Source: an uncultured Clostridium sp. (GTDB lineage Bacteria; Bacillota_I; Bacilli_A; RF39; UBA660). Taken from it: a stretch of DNA of 64,000 nucleotides. The stretch's first letter is position 1; every line of letters begins with the position of its first letter. The translations under genes were made by a program, and so were the position numbers. Below the pieces are notes generated by a model, which saw only the letters and a list, made by a program, of their open reading frames with translations, did not search any database and was not told the origin of the DNA. This document shows positions 54,583 to 64,000 of the stretch, in pieces. The DNA lies in NCBI GenBank assembly GCA_946402315.1, contig CAMIWC010000006.1:812-64811 (forward strand), given 5' to 3'.

Positions 54583-57500
54583 ATGAAAGTACTTAATATT
54601 GGATTAGATGTCGGTTCTACAACAGTAAAAGTAGTAGTAATGGACAATAAGAAAAATATATTATATAAAGATTATCAAAGACACTTTTCGGATACTAAAA
54701 AGACTATTAATTCTCTTTTAAGTACAGTTATAGAAAAGTATGGTAAAGATAGTAAGTTTACAATTACATTCACTGGTAGTGGTGCAATTGCACTTGCTAA
54801 GTTTTTGAGTGTAGGTTTTGTACAAGAAGTTATTGCTTGTAAAAATGCCATAAAAGAATATGCGCCTAGTGTAGATGTTGCTATTGAATTAGGTGGAGAA
54901 GATGCTAAGATTATTTACTTTGATCAAACTATTGAACAAAGAATGAATGGTACTTGTGCAGGTGGTACAGGAGCATTCTTAGACCAAATGGCAGTTCTAC
55001 TAAATACAACAACAGAAGGATTAAATGAACTAGCAACAGGAGGAGAAACAATATATCCAATCGCTTCTCGTTGTGGAGTATTTGCTAAAACAGATATTCA
55101 ACCATTATTAAATGAAGGTGCTAAAAAAGAAGATGTAGCATTATCTATTATGCAAGCAGTAGTAAATCAAACTATAAGTGGACTAGCTTGTGGTAAACCT
55201 ATTAAAGGTAATGTAATCTTCTTGGGAGGACCATTAAATTATCTTTCTATGTTAAGAGAAAGATTTATAAAAACATTAAATTTAAAAGATGAAGAAATAA
55301 TTATTCCGGACGACGCTCGAGTATTTGTATGTATTGGTGCAATTCTAGATAAGACAAAAAAAGAAACTATTACAACAGAAGAGTTAAAGAAACTTTTAAA
55401 TAAATTATCTAAGTTTAAAGAAAGTGAATCAGGAAACTTAGATCCATTATTTAAAGATGATAAAGATTATCAAAAGTTCTTAAAAAGGCATAAAAAGAAT
55501 TCAGTTAAAAGAAGAGACTTAGAAACATATACCGGGGATGTATTTATAGGAATAGATGCAGGAAGTACTACAGCTAAAGTAGTAGCAATCGATTACGATG
55601 GAAATCTTTTATATGAGAACTATCGTAGTAATAAAGGTACACCAGTAGATACAGTAAAAGATATGTTACTTGATTTATATTCTAAGTTACCAGAGAAGAC
55701 TGTTATTCGTAGTAGTGGATCTACTGGTTATGGAGAATTATTAATAAAGACTGCATTCAATTTAGATATATCTGAAATTGAAACAATGGCTCACTATGAA
55801 GCTGCTAACTACTTCCTACCAGGAGTGGAGAGTATTATCGATATTGGTGGACAAGATATGAAATATATCAAAATCAAAGATGGCGCAGTAGACTCTATCA
55901 TGCTTAATGAAGCTTGTTCATCAGGATGTGGTTCATTTATTGAAACACTTGCTAAATCATTAAATATAAGTGTATCTGATTTCGTAGATTATGCTGTACA
56001 TGCTAAACATCCAATTGATTTAGGATCTCGTTGTACTGTATTTATGAATTCAAAGATTAAACAAACTCAAAAAGAAGGTAGACCTCTTGGAGATATTTTT
56101 GCTGGACTATCTTACTCTGTAATTAGAAATGCTATTCAAAAAGTAATGAAGATTAGAGATGTAGAGTCATTAGGTAAAAAAATAGTTGTACAAGGTGGAA
56201 CTTTCTTAAATGACGGAGTTTTAAAAGCATTTGAAAATATTACTGGTAAAGAAGTAATAAGACCAGATATCGCAGGATTAATGGGTGCTTATGGAGTAGC
56301 TTTAATCGCTCTTGATAACTATAAACAATATGATGACCAAGATATTAAAAGTACGATTCTTTCTCCACAAGAGATAGAAGAGATGAAAGTAAAAACATTC
56401 TTTAGTCGTTGCCAAATTTGTGAGAACCATTGTGCTCTTACAATAAATATGTTTGGTAAAAAGAAATTTATTTCAGGAAATAGATGTGAGCGTGGTAGTG
56501 GAAATAATGGAAGTAATTCAACACTTCCAAATATGTATTCTTGGAAATATGATCGTTTATTTAACTACGAACCTATAGAAGAAGAAAAAGCACCGCGAGG
56601 AATAATTGGTATACCAAGAGTACTTAATATGTATGAAGATTATCCTTTATGGTTTACTTTATTTACAAAGCTTGGGTTTAGAGTAATTATATCAGATCAT
56701 TCTAATCGTAGAATCTATGAAAAAGGAATAGAATCTATGCCATCAGAATCAGTTTGTTATCCAGCAAAATTAGTTCATGGTCATATAATTAATCTTCTTG
56801 AAAAAGGAGTTAAGACAATATTCTATCCTTGTATCATGTATGAGACTAAAGAGTTTAGTCAAAGTGATAATAATTATAATTGTCCAATTGTTCAGTCTTA
56901 CAGTGAAGCAATTAAACTTAATGTAGATGAACTAGAAGATAAGACTATTAAATTTATGAATCCATTTTTACCAATGGATGAAAAAGGAATGTTACTAAGA
57001 ATACTAGAACTTCCTGAATTTAAAGAATATAAATTTACTAAGAAAGAGTTAAAAGATGCTATTTCGGCAGCCTTTAAGGAACAAGCACAATTTAAACAAG
57101 ATGTAAGAGATAAAGGAGAAGAGTTCTTAAAGTATATAGATGAACATAAAGAAAAGGCAATTGTACTTGCTGGAAGGCCATATCACTTAGACAAAGAAGT
57201 TAACCATGGTATTGATACTATGATAAATTCACTAGGACTTGCCGTACTTACTGAAGACTCAATATGTCATTTAAATAAACTTGATACAAAACTTCGTGTA
57301 GTAGATCAATGGGCATATCATTCGAGAGTATACAGGGCTGCTGATGTTGTAAGTCAAAGACCTAATATCGAACTAGTTAACTTAAACTCTTTTGGATGTG
57401 GATTAGATGCTATTATAACTGACCAAGCAGAAGAAATCTTAAAGAGAAATAATAAGTTATATACAACTATTAAAATAGATGAAATTAATAACTTGGGTGC

Positions 57501-58815
57501 TGCCAAGATTAGAATTCGTTCATTAATCGCATCTATGAATAAACGTAATGAAGAATTAAATTACAAACCTTACAAGTACAACAAGAACTACTTTAAAGAA
57601 AGTGATAAGAAACATACATTACTATTCCCAGACATGGCACCATTCCATATGCCTTATTTTGAAGCTGTACTTCAAAGTGAAGGATATAATGCCGTATACT
57701 TAAGAGAAAGTAATGAAGAGACTGTTGAAACAGGACTTAAATATGTTAATAATGATGCCTGTTATCCAGCTATTATCGTTATTGGTCAATTAATCCACGC
57801 CTTAAAGAGTGGACAATACGACCTAGATAATACTAGTGTAATTATTTCTCAAACTGGTGGAGGATGTCGTGCTACTAACTACATCGGACTAATTCGTAAA
57901 GGACTTCGAGATGCAGGACTTGAGAAAGTATCAATACTTTCATTTAACATGAGTGGGTTAGAAAAAGAACAAGCATTTAAAGTAACTTTATCTTTTGCTA
58001 ATAAAGCTCTTCAAGCAGTAGAATATGGAGATCTATTAATGAGACTTCTACACGCTACTCGTCCATATGAAAAGAATCCAGGAGAGTCACAAAAGGTATA
58101 TGAAAAATGGCAAAAGATTACATTAGATGCTGTTCGTCGTGGAAAGATGTCAGAATATAAGAAAAATGTTCATGATATTTTCGAAGATTTCAAGAAGATT
58201 AAGATAGAGAAGAAGACTCTTCCTAAAGTAGGTATAGTTGGAGAAATCCTAATCAAATACCATCGTTATGGAAATGATGATTTAATTGCTAAATTAGAAG
58301 CAGAAGGTGCTGAAGTAGTTAGTCCTGATTTAATGGGATTTGTTAAATACTGCGCAATCAATTCAATAATTAAAGCAAAACTACTTCATACAGGAAGAAT
58401 GACTCCGTTTATTTATACTCAAGCTTTGAAATTCTTAGAAAGATATGATAAAGTAGTCATCAACGAAACAAAAGGAACTAGATTTAGAATGCCAGCTGAT
58501 ATTCATAAACTTGCTAAAAACGTAGATGGAATCTTATCAACAGGAAATCAAACTGGTGAAGGATGGTTCCTTACTGGTGAAATGGTAGAGTTAATCAATG
58601 AAGGAATAGAAAACGTAGTATGTGTACAACCATTTGCGTGTCTACCTAACCATATCGTTGGTAAAGCTGTTATTAAAAAGATTAGAAAACTATATCCTAA
58701 ATCAAATATAGTTGCAATAGACTATGATCCAGGAGCTAGTCATACTAATCAAATTAATAGAATTAAACTTATGCTTACAGTAGCAAAAGAGAATTTAGGT
58801 GATAAAGATGACTAA
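54583..58815 (+). CDS. Fused acyl-CoA dehydratase activase-related protein (two BcrAD/BadFG ATPase modules plus two dehydratase-subunit-like/DUF2229 modules)
   Basis: Start at ATG 54583 after gaggt. Two actin-fold ATPase starts (NIGLDVGSTTVKVVVM and FIGIDAGSTTAKVVAI) with IELGGEDAK and IDIGGQDMK. A Cys cluster CQICENHC...CERG. A long C-terminal region has conserved Cys/aromatic patches (SVCYPAKL, DACYPAIIVIGQ). Confidence 0.8.
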   Translation: MKVLNIGLDVGSTTVKVVVMDNKKNILYKDYQRHFSDTKKTINSLLSTVIEKYGKDSKFTITFTGSGAIALAKFLSVGFVQEVIACKNAIKEYAPSVDVAIELGGEDAKIIYFDQTIEQRMNGTCAGGTGAFLDQMAVLLNTTTEGLNELATGGETIYPIASRCGVFAKTDIQPLLNEGAKKEDVALSIMQAVVNQTISGLACGKPIKGNVIFLGGPLNYLSMLRERFIKTLNLKDEEIIIPDDARVFVCIGAILDKTKKETITTEELKKLLNKLSKFKESESGNLDPLFKDDKDYQKFLKRHKKNSVKRRDLETYTGDVFIGIDAGSTTAKVVAIDYDGNLLYENYRSNKGTPVDTVKDMLLDLYSKLPEKTVIRSSGSTGYGELLIKTAFNLDISEIETMAHYEAANYFLPGVESIIDIGGQDMKYIKIKDGAVDSIMLNEACSSGCGSFIETLAKSLNISVSDFVDYAVHAKHPIDLGSRCTVFMNSKIKQTQKEGRPLGDIFAGLSYSVIRNAIQKVMKIRDVESLGKKIVVQGGTFLNDGVLKAFENITGKEVIRPDIAGLMGAYGVALIALDNYKQYDDQDIKSTILSPQEIEEMKVKTFFSRCQICENHCALTINMFGKKKFISGNRCERGSGNNGSNSTLPNMYSWKYDRLFNYEPIEEEKAPRGIIGIPRVLNMYEDYPLWFTLFTKLGFRVIISDHSNRRIYEKGIESMPSESVCYPAKLVHGHIINLLEKGVKTIFYPCIMYETKEFSQSDNNYNCPIVQSYSEAIKLNVDELEDKTIKFMNPFLPMDEKGMLLRILELPEFKEYKFTKKELKDAISAAFKEQAQFKQDVRDKGEEFLKYIDEHKEKAIVLAGRPYHLDKEVNHGIDTMINSLGLAVLTEDSICHLNKLDTKLRVVDQWAYHSRVYRAADVVSQRPNIELVNLNSFGCGLDAIITDQAEEILKRNNKLYTTIKIDEINNLGAAKIRIRSLIASMNKRNEELNYKPYKYNKNYFKESDKKHTLLFPDMAPFHMPYFEAVLQSEGYNAVYLRESNEETVETGLKYVNNDACYPAIIVIGQLIHALKSGQYDLDNTSVIISQTGGGCRATNYIGLIRKGLRDAGLEKVSILSFNMSGLEKEQAFKVTLSFANKALQAVEYGDLLMRLLHATRPYEKNPGESQKVYEKWQKITLDAVRRGKMSEYKKNVHDIFEDFKKIKIEKKTLPKVGIVGEILIKYHRYGNDDLIAKLEAEGAEVVSPDLMGFVKYCAINSIIKAKLLHTGRMTPFIYTQALKFLERYDKVVINETKGTRFRMPADIHKLAKNVDGILSTGNQTGEGWFLTGEMVELINEGIENVVCVQPFACLPNHIVGKAVIKKIRKLYPKSNIVAIDYDPGASHTNQINRIKLMLTVAKENLGDKDD

Positions 58816-59134
58816 TATAGTAGTTGAAACTTGTTTTGAAGATAAAGAAGAAGCAAAGAATCTTGGAAAAATACTATTATTTGAACATTTAGTTAGTTGT
58901 ATTCATATAATTGAAATAGAAAGTATTTATGTATGGAAAGATGATTATCCAGATGTTAAAGAATATTTAGTATCTATGAAGACTACATTAGATATGTATC
59001 CTAAAATAGAAAAGAGAATTAAAGAATTACATAGTTATGAATTACCTGAAATTACTTATCATTTCTTTGATGGATCTGAAGAATTTAAAGATTGGATAGA
59101 TGAGAATCTACAAAATAAAGAGGTAATTGTATAA
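58808..59134 (+). CDS. cutA: CutA1-like divalent-cation tolerance protein
   Basis: Start at ATG 58808 after aggtga, overlapping the upstream stop. A protein of about 108 aa with LVSCIHII..ESIYVWKD...E.L...KT...Y..IEKRIKELHSYELPEI. Confidence 0.65.
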   Translation: MTNIVVETCFEDKEEAKNLGKILLFEHLVSCIHIIEIESIYVWKDDYPDVKEYLVSMKTTLDMYPKIEKRIKELHSYELPEITYHFFDGSEEFKDWIDENLQNKEVIV

Positions 59135-59247
59135 ATTATCTCTTTTTTATGTCTAATATATGTTATATAATAAAATCTTCCACAAAAAGATATTTATAAA
59201 AATCAAAATATGATATACTTATTTTAGAATAAGAAGGAGGGATAAGT

Positions 59248-60531
59248 ATGGCAGAAGAAAACTTTAGTATACTTGAACGTTACGGTGAAGATTATACTCA
59301 AAAAACATATTATACTAATCCAGCTATTGGTAGAGAAGAACAACTTAAATCATTAATACTATTGTTACTTACACCAGAAAAATCTGCTATATTGATAGGT
59401 TATCCCGGAACTGGTAAAACTGCTATTGTAGAAGGACTTGCTTATCGTATTCAAAAAGGAGAAGTTCCTGATGCATTAAAAGGTTATACTGTTATTAATA
59501 TTAAGACTGCATCTTTATTAGGTACTATGCCTAATGGAGAAAGTAAAGTACAACTTATGATAGATGAATTAAAAGATAGAGAAAAGACTATTTTATTTAT
59601 CGATGAAATTCATATGTTAATAGGTGCTACTGATGAGTCATCAGTAGACTTTGCCAATATCTTTAAGGAAGGTTTAGGTAGAGGAAGTATCAAAGTAGTT
59701 GGAGCAACTACTACTGCTGAATATGAACGTTATATCTTACGTGATAAAGCTTTTGTAAGACGTTTCCAAAAAGTAGAAGTACCAGAACCTACTAGAGATG
59801 AAACTATAGAAATCTTAGTTGGTACTTTGCCTAAAATAGAGAAGACTACAGGAGTAAGATTAAAGTATTCTAAATATCAACAAAGATTAATTATGGAATC
59901 ACTTGTAGATATTACTTCTGAATATAAACGTGTATTTGAAGCTAATGCTAGATATCCAGATGTATCTTTAACTTTATTAAAGTCTGCTTTTTCATTTGCT
60001 GTATTTGATAATAGAAGTGAAGTTAATATTTATGACTTTGAAAAAGCTATTGAATCAACTCATTTGGTATATCCTGATGTTATTAAAAAAGAAATACCGA
60101 TATTTAAAGATAAATTTAAAGATGTATATAATGAAGAGAATGGTATTGTTAAAGAAGGAATTGTTCTTAATAAGGAAACTTATGCAACAGATCCAGTTAT
60201 TAATAAACCAGCACCTCAATTTGATGCATCTTTACTAGCTGGAATAGATTTAAGTAATATTCAACAACCAATACAAGCTCAACCACAACCTACTCCAGTA
60301 CCTCAATCAACGCCTGTACAACAACCACAATCTAGTGTTACGTATGTTGACCCTAATATGATATCTGATGATCGTAGAATGGGCTATAATGCTCCTAGAA
60401 GAGTAGATAATACTGCGATTGATGGAGTACTTACTAGTAATCAAAGTATGATGAATGCTAGTACTAATTTTGATCTTGATTTAGATGCTAGAGATGACAT
60501 TGATAATCGAGATGATGATTTCTATGAATAG
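59248..60531 (+). CDS. Stand-alone ClpA/B-type D1 AAA+ module with a Q/P-rich disordered C-terminus
   Basis: aaggaggg RBS. IGREEQLKSLILLL, Walker A GYPGTGKTA, Walker B ILFIDEIH, GATTTAEY and FVRRFQKV. There is no N-domain, no D2 module and no ClpP-loop. The tail reads QQPIQAQPQPTPVPQSTPVQQPQ. Confidence 0.7.
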   Translation: MAEENFSILERYGEDYTQKTYYTNPAIGREEQLKSLILLLLTPEKSAILIGYPGTGKTAIVEGLAYRIQKGEVPDALKGYTVINIKTASLLGTMPNGESKVQLMIDELKDREKTILFIDEIHMLIGATDESSVDFANIFKEGLGRGSIKVVGATTTAEYERYILRDKAFVRRFQKVEVPEPTRDETIEILVGTLPKIEKTTGVRLKYSKYQQRLIMESLVDITSEYKRVFEANARYPDVSLTLLKSAFSFAVFDNRSEVNIYDFEKAIESTHLVYPDVIKKEIPIFKDKFKDVYNEENGIVKEGIVLNKETYATDPVINKPAPQFDASLLAGIDLSNIQQPIQAQPQPTPVPQSTPVQQPQSSVTYVDPNMISDDRRMGYNAPRRVDNTAIDGVLTSNQSMMNASTNFDLDLDARDDIDNRDDDFYE

Positions 60532-60629
60532 TTTTACATTAAAAAGTCAAATTTGACTTTTTTTTATTGTAGAGAAATCTTATCTATTATAAACTAGAAT
60601 TAGATATAATTAGAAAGGTTGTAATATTA

Positions 60630-60778
60630 TATTGAGCGCCAGAACATTATTGTTGACGAGGTTAGTAGTTTTCGAAGATTCGGCGGGTGCTACTACGGTT
60701 AAGTGAATCGTTAGATATATAACAAAAAATAAAATCAAGATTATAACAAAAAATATATCTTCACTCATTTTTTCGAGT
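60630..60778 (+). ncRNA. glmS ribozyme (GlcN6P-activated self-cleaving riboswitch)
   Basis: Core elements A|GCGCCAGAAC (cleavage expected between 60635 and 60636), GACGAGG, UUCGGCGGGUGC. Peripheral hairpin gtgaa..agatatat / atatatct.tcac. It lies directly upstream of glmS. Confidence 0.85.
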
Positions 60779-60791
60779 GGAGGTTTTTTAT

Positions 60792-62603
60792 ATGTGCGGA
60801 ATATTTGGATATGTCGGAAAAAAAGTAAATATAGAAAGAGTATTAGTAGATGGATTAAAAACACTAGAATATCGTGGATATGATTCTGCTGGTATTGCCT
60901 TTGTTACTGATAAAGTAGAAACTATAAAAACTAGTGGTAAAATATCTGAATTAGAAAAACTAATAGATGAATCAGTAATGAGTAGTATAGGTATAGGTCA
61001 TACTAGATGGGCTACTCATGGTAATGCAACTACTATTAATGCTCATCCACATCATTCAGGTAAAGTAACTATAGTACATAATGGTATTATAGAGAACTAT
61101 TTAGAGTTAAAAGATATGTTATCTAAAGAAGGTTATTCTTTCTTAAGTGAAACTGATACTGAAATAGTTGCAGCTTTACTTGATTATTTAAAAAATAAAA
61201 ATATTTGGTCAAATTTAGAAGTTATAAAAGAGATGTCTACATATATTAAAGGTAGTTATGCTTTAGGTATAATCTTTGATGATGAATTAGATACTTTATA
61301 TGCTACTCGTAAAGATAGTCCATTAATTGTAGGTATAGGAGATAATGAAAAACTAATTGCTTCTGATGTAGCGGCTATAATTAGTTTTACTAAAGATTAT
61401 CTATTACTTAATAATTATGACTTAGTAAAAATTACTAATAACGAAGTAAGCATTTATAATGAAAAATTAGAACCAATTGCTAAAAAAGAAAACACAGTAT
61501 ATTGGAATGTAGAAGAAGCAGAAAAGAATGGTTTTCCACATTTTATGTTGAAAGAAATTAATGAAGAAGGAAAAGTACTTAAAGATACTATTAATGAATA
61601 TATAGAAAATATTGATTCTTTTGTTAATAAAATGCCTGATTTTAGTAAATATGAACATATTCATATAGTTGCTTGTGGATCAGCTATGCATGCAGGATTA
61701 ATAGGTAAATATTTAATTGAAAACTATTCTGGAGTAAAAGTAGATGTTGAAATAGCTAGTGAATATCGTTATAAAAAGATTTTCTATGATGAGAAAACTT
61801 TAGTTATATTAATATCTCAATCAGGAGAGACTGCGGATACTATAGCGTCCTTAAGAAAAGCTAATGAAGATGGAATAGATACTTTAGGTATTGTTAATGT
61901 AGTAGGTTCTACTATAGCTAGAGAATCTAAATCTGTTTTATATATTAGAGCAGGAGTAGAAATAGCAGTAGCTACTACCAAAGCATATCTACTTCAAGTA
62001 GCAATGTTAGAACTAATTAATTTAAAACTTATGTTAGAAAGGAATCTAATTACTAGCGATAGATTAAAAGAAGTATTAGATGCTTTAAGTAAGGTGCCAG
62101 AATTAATAGAAGAAGTAATTGCTAATGATAATAATTATTTAGATATAGCTAAATTTATTTATGAAGATAAAGATTTATTCTATATAGGTAGAGGAATAGA
62201 CTATGCTATTAGTTTGGAAGGTAGTCTAAAACTAAAAGAAATATCTTATATGCATAGTGAAGCTTATCAAGCAGGAGAATTAAAACATGGTACTATCTCT
62301 TTAATAGAAGAAAATACTCCTGTTATAGCTATTATGACTGATCCTGAGTTATCCTTAAAAACTATAAGTAATATAAAAGAAGTAGTTGCTAGAGGAGCTA
62401 AAGTAATATTAATTACTACTAATGAATTAAATGGAGAATATGACTTTGTAAATAAAAAAGTAGTTCTTCCTAAAATAGATAATTATTTAGTACCATTACT
62501 TAGTGTAATACCGCTTCAATTAATTGCTTATCATGTTGCAGACTTAAGAGGGTGCGATATTGATAAACCAAGAAACTTAGCTAAATCAGTTACTGTAGAA
62601 TAA
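60792..62603 (+). CDS. glmS: Glutamine--fructose-6-phosphate aminotransferase (isomerising)
   Basis: Start at ATG 60792 after ggagg, giving the N-terminal MCGIFGY (Cys nucleophile). Also GHTRWATHG and two SIS domains (ISQSGETADT), with C-terminal PRNLAKSVTVE. Confidence 0.95.
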   Translation: MCGIFGYVGKKVNIERVLVDGLKTLEYRGYDSAGIAFVTDKVETIKTSGKISELEKLIDESVMSSIGIGHTRWATHGNATTINAHPHHSGKVTIVHNGIIENYLELKDMLSKEGYSFLSETDTEIVAALLDYLKNKNIWSNLEVIKEMSTYIKGSYALGIIFDDELDTLYATRKDSPLIVGIGDNEKLIASDVAAIISFTKDYLLLNNYDLVKITNNEVSIYNEKLEPIAKKENTVYWNVEEAEKNGFPHFMLKEINEEGKVLKDTINEYIENIDSFVNKMPDFSKYEHIHIVACGSAMHAGLIGKYLIENYSGVKVDVEIASEYRYKKIFYDEKTLVILISQSGETADTIASLRKANEDGIDTLGIVNVVGSTIARESKSVLYIRAGVEIAVATTKAYLLQVAMLELINLKLMLERNLITSDRLKEVLDALSKVPELIEEVIANDNNYLDIAKFIYEDKDLFYIGRGIDYAISLEGSLKLKEISYMHSEAYQAGELKHGTISLIEENTPVIAIMTDPELSLKTISNIKEVVARGAKVILITTNELNGEYDFVNKKVVLPKIDNYLVPLLSVIPLQLIAYHVADLRGCDIDKPRNLAKSVTVE

Positions 62604-62608
62604 TAATA

Positions 62609-62637
62609 AAAAAGAGAGATTTTAATCTCTCTTTTTA
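62609..62637. terminator. Bidirectional intrinsic terminator
   Basis: Stem agagagat/atctctct with loop ttta, flanked by A and T runs. Confidence 0.65.
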
Positions 62638-64000
62638 AATATTCTAAATGTATTTAATATAGTTAGTAGAGTAACACCTACATCAGCAAAGACTGCACTA
62701 ATCATATTAGCATATCCTAGTGTTGCTAGAGTAAGTACTAGAAGTTTTATTAGTAAAACAAAGATAATATTTTCTAGTACTATTTTCTTTGTAAATGTTG
62801 CGATATCATGAGCAGTATGTATTTTTGCTAGATCATCATTCATAATAACCATGTCACTGGCTTCGATTGATGCGTCGCTTCCAATTCCTCCCATAGATAC
62901 ACCGATATCGCTGACAAGTAGAGCAGGAGCATCATTAATTCCATCTCCTACAAACATTGTTATCTTTTTCTCTTTATGAGCACTCTTTAAGTATTTAACT
63001 TTATCGATAGGAAGTAATTCAGCCATATATCTTGATACACCAACACGCTTACATACATCATTTACTATTTCTTCATTATCACCAGAAAGTATTACTAATT
63101 CAGTTATTCCTTTTCCTTTTAATAAAGAAATAGTCTTCTTACTAGTCTTCTTAATCTTATCATTAATAAGAATATATCCTAAGTATTCTTTATTTTTAGC
63201 TACATATACAATAGTACCTATATCTAAGCATCTTTCAAATTCAATTTTATTTTTATTTAAAAGGTTGTAGTTACCTACTAAGTATTTATCATTACCTATT
63301 GATAAAGAAATACCTCCTTCAACAGTTTTATAGTTCTTATTATTCGAACTATCTACCTCTTTACCAAATCTCTTTTTAATAGATAAAGCGATAGGATGTG
63401 TACTCATACTTTCACATGTTGCGGCAATCTCTAATAGTTCACTAGCTTTTATTCCATATCCTTTTACTTTAACTACTTCAAATACTCCTTCAGTAATTGT
63501 TCCTGTTTTATCAAATACTATTTCATCTAAATCTAACATTATATCTAAGGTATTACTATTTTTCATAAGTATTCCAGATTTACTACAAGCACCCATTCCT
63601 ACAAAGTAGGCTAGTGGAATAGATATTACTAAAGCACAAGGGCAAGATGTAACTAAGAATACGAGTGCACGATGTCCCCAAATAGAGAAGTCACCAGTAA
63701 TTATTCCTGGAATTAGGAAAATAGCTAAAGCAAAGAATACTACAACTGGAGTATAGATACCAGCAAATTTATCTATAGCTTTTTCAGTATCAGATTTCTT
63801 TTTATCAGCTTTTTCTATTAGATCAATAATCTTAGAAGCAGTAGAGTTTTTATATATCTCAGTAACTTCTATTTTTAAAGTACCATCTAAATTGATACAC
63901 CCACTAATAACAGAATCTTTTTCTTTAACTGATCTAGGTTTATGTTCTCCAGTAATACTAGAAGTATCTAGATTTGAACTACCTTCAATAACAATACCAT
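62622..64000 (-). CDS. Heavy-metal translocating P1B-type ATPase (CPC type) with its 5' end outside the window
   Basis: The minus-strand frame stays open upstream of the listed Met. The reverse complement of 63597-63650 reads TSCPCALVISIPLAYFVG (CPC metal site). Also VFDKTGTIT (phosphorylation site), VGDGINDAP and MVIMNDD. Confidence 0.9.
   Translation of the reverse strand, partial: GIVIEGSSNLDTSSITGEHKPRSVKEKDSVISGCINLDGTLKIEVTEIYKNSTASKIIDLIEKADKKKSDTEKAIDKFAGIYTPVVVFFALAIFLIPGIITGDFSIWGHRALVFLVTSCPCALVISIPLAYFVGMGACSKSGILMKNSNTLDIMLDLDEIVFDKTGTITEGVFEVVKVKGYGIKASELLEIAATCESMSTHPIALSIKKRFGKEVDSSNNKNYKTVEGGISLSIGNDKYLVGNYNLLNKNKIEFERCLDIGTIVYVAKNKEYLGYILINDKIKKTSKKTISLLKGKGITELVILSGDNEEIVNDVCKRVGVSRYMAELLPIDKVKYLKSAHKEKKITMFVGDGINDAPALLVSDIGVSMGGIGSDASIEASDMVIMNDDLAKIHTAHDIATFTKKIVLENIIFVLLIKLLVLTLATLGYANMISAVFADVGVTLLTILNTFRIFKKRD

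Noticed and set aside
60610-60864. 84-aa minus-strand ORF upstream of glmS
   Set aside because: It lies antisense to the glmS ribozyme and the glmS start, and the region is explained by the ribozyme.
46838-61664. ORFs 46838..47026 (-), 53772..54092 (+), 59996..60238 (+) and 61467..61664 (-)
   Set aside because: They are embedded in or antisense to tdk, the hemolysin-III gene, the Clp-like gene and glmS respectively, all of which have strong motif support.
1-64000. Mollicutes-type genetic code (TGA=Trp) suggested by the extreme AT-richness
   Set aside because: Long uninterrupted ORFs with intact family motifs are obtained under the standard code. Trp is encoded by TGG in conserved motifs. 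TGA functions as a stop, for example at 32232-32234 where it overlaps the next ATG.
1-64000. CRISPR arrays, tRNA/rRNA genes, IS elements, integrases and prophage modules
   Set aside because: I found no regularly spaced direct repeats, no cloverleaf-like GC-rich islands, and no transposase, recombinase, capsid or terminase-like ORFs. The only repeats are intragenic protein repeats and short promoter or leader repeats. A covariance-model scan (tRNAscan/Infernal) would be needed to exclude small RNAs formally.

Overview
This is a visibly AT-rich chromosome segment that uses the standard genetic code. It looks like a Firmicutes genome, and the Erysipelotrichia/Clostridia-like gene content is only a taxonomic guess. 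Recognisable housekeeping genes are ldh, tdk, glmS with its ribozyme, cutA, a CPC-type P1B ATPase, an ABC-2 exporter, an LtaS-family enzyme, a NodB deacetylase and a fused BcrAD/BadFG activase-type giant. Between them sits an unusually dense set of envelope and accessory genes. These include two class-B sortases with NPxT[GA]-type substrates, a cell-wall-anchored C1 cysteine peptidase and several beta-solenoid or Listeria-Bacteroides-repeat surface proteins, one of 2615 aa. The stand-out is a tightly packed locus of about 11 kb (25.0-36.0 kb). It encodes three SipW-type (S26B) signal peptidase paralogues, one of which has lost its catalytic residues, and seven TasA/camelysin-like secreted paralogues. 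In the middle of the same operon, translationally coupled, are a membrane-anchored McrB-like AAA+ GTPase, a McrC/DUF2357-like partner with no intact nuclease, and an unknown cytoplasmic protein. I rate this the best candidate for an undescribed system: a nucleotide-driven or nucleotide-regulated TasA-like fibre or envelope system, or else an envelope-coupled McrBC derivative. Other items worth a second look:
- a 1169-aa cytoplasmic protein with one intact and one degenerate metallophosphoesterase-like module;
- a cytoplasmic HExxH protein, its partner and a divergently transcribed HTH protein;
- an atypical protein-kinase-like protein;
- an orphan promoter-hairpins-terminator leader upstream of the activase gene;
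- a long repeat-containing leader upstream of a sortase-associated adhesin.
I saw no rRNA, tRNA, CRISPR array, transposase or integrase. All family assignments come from motif reading by eye and need HMM or structure searches.
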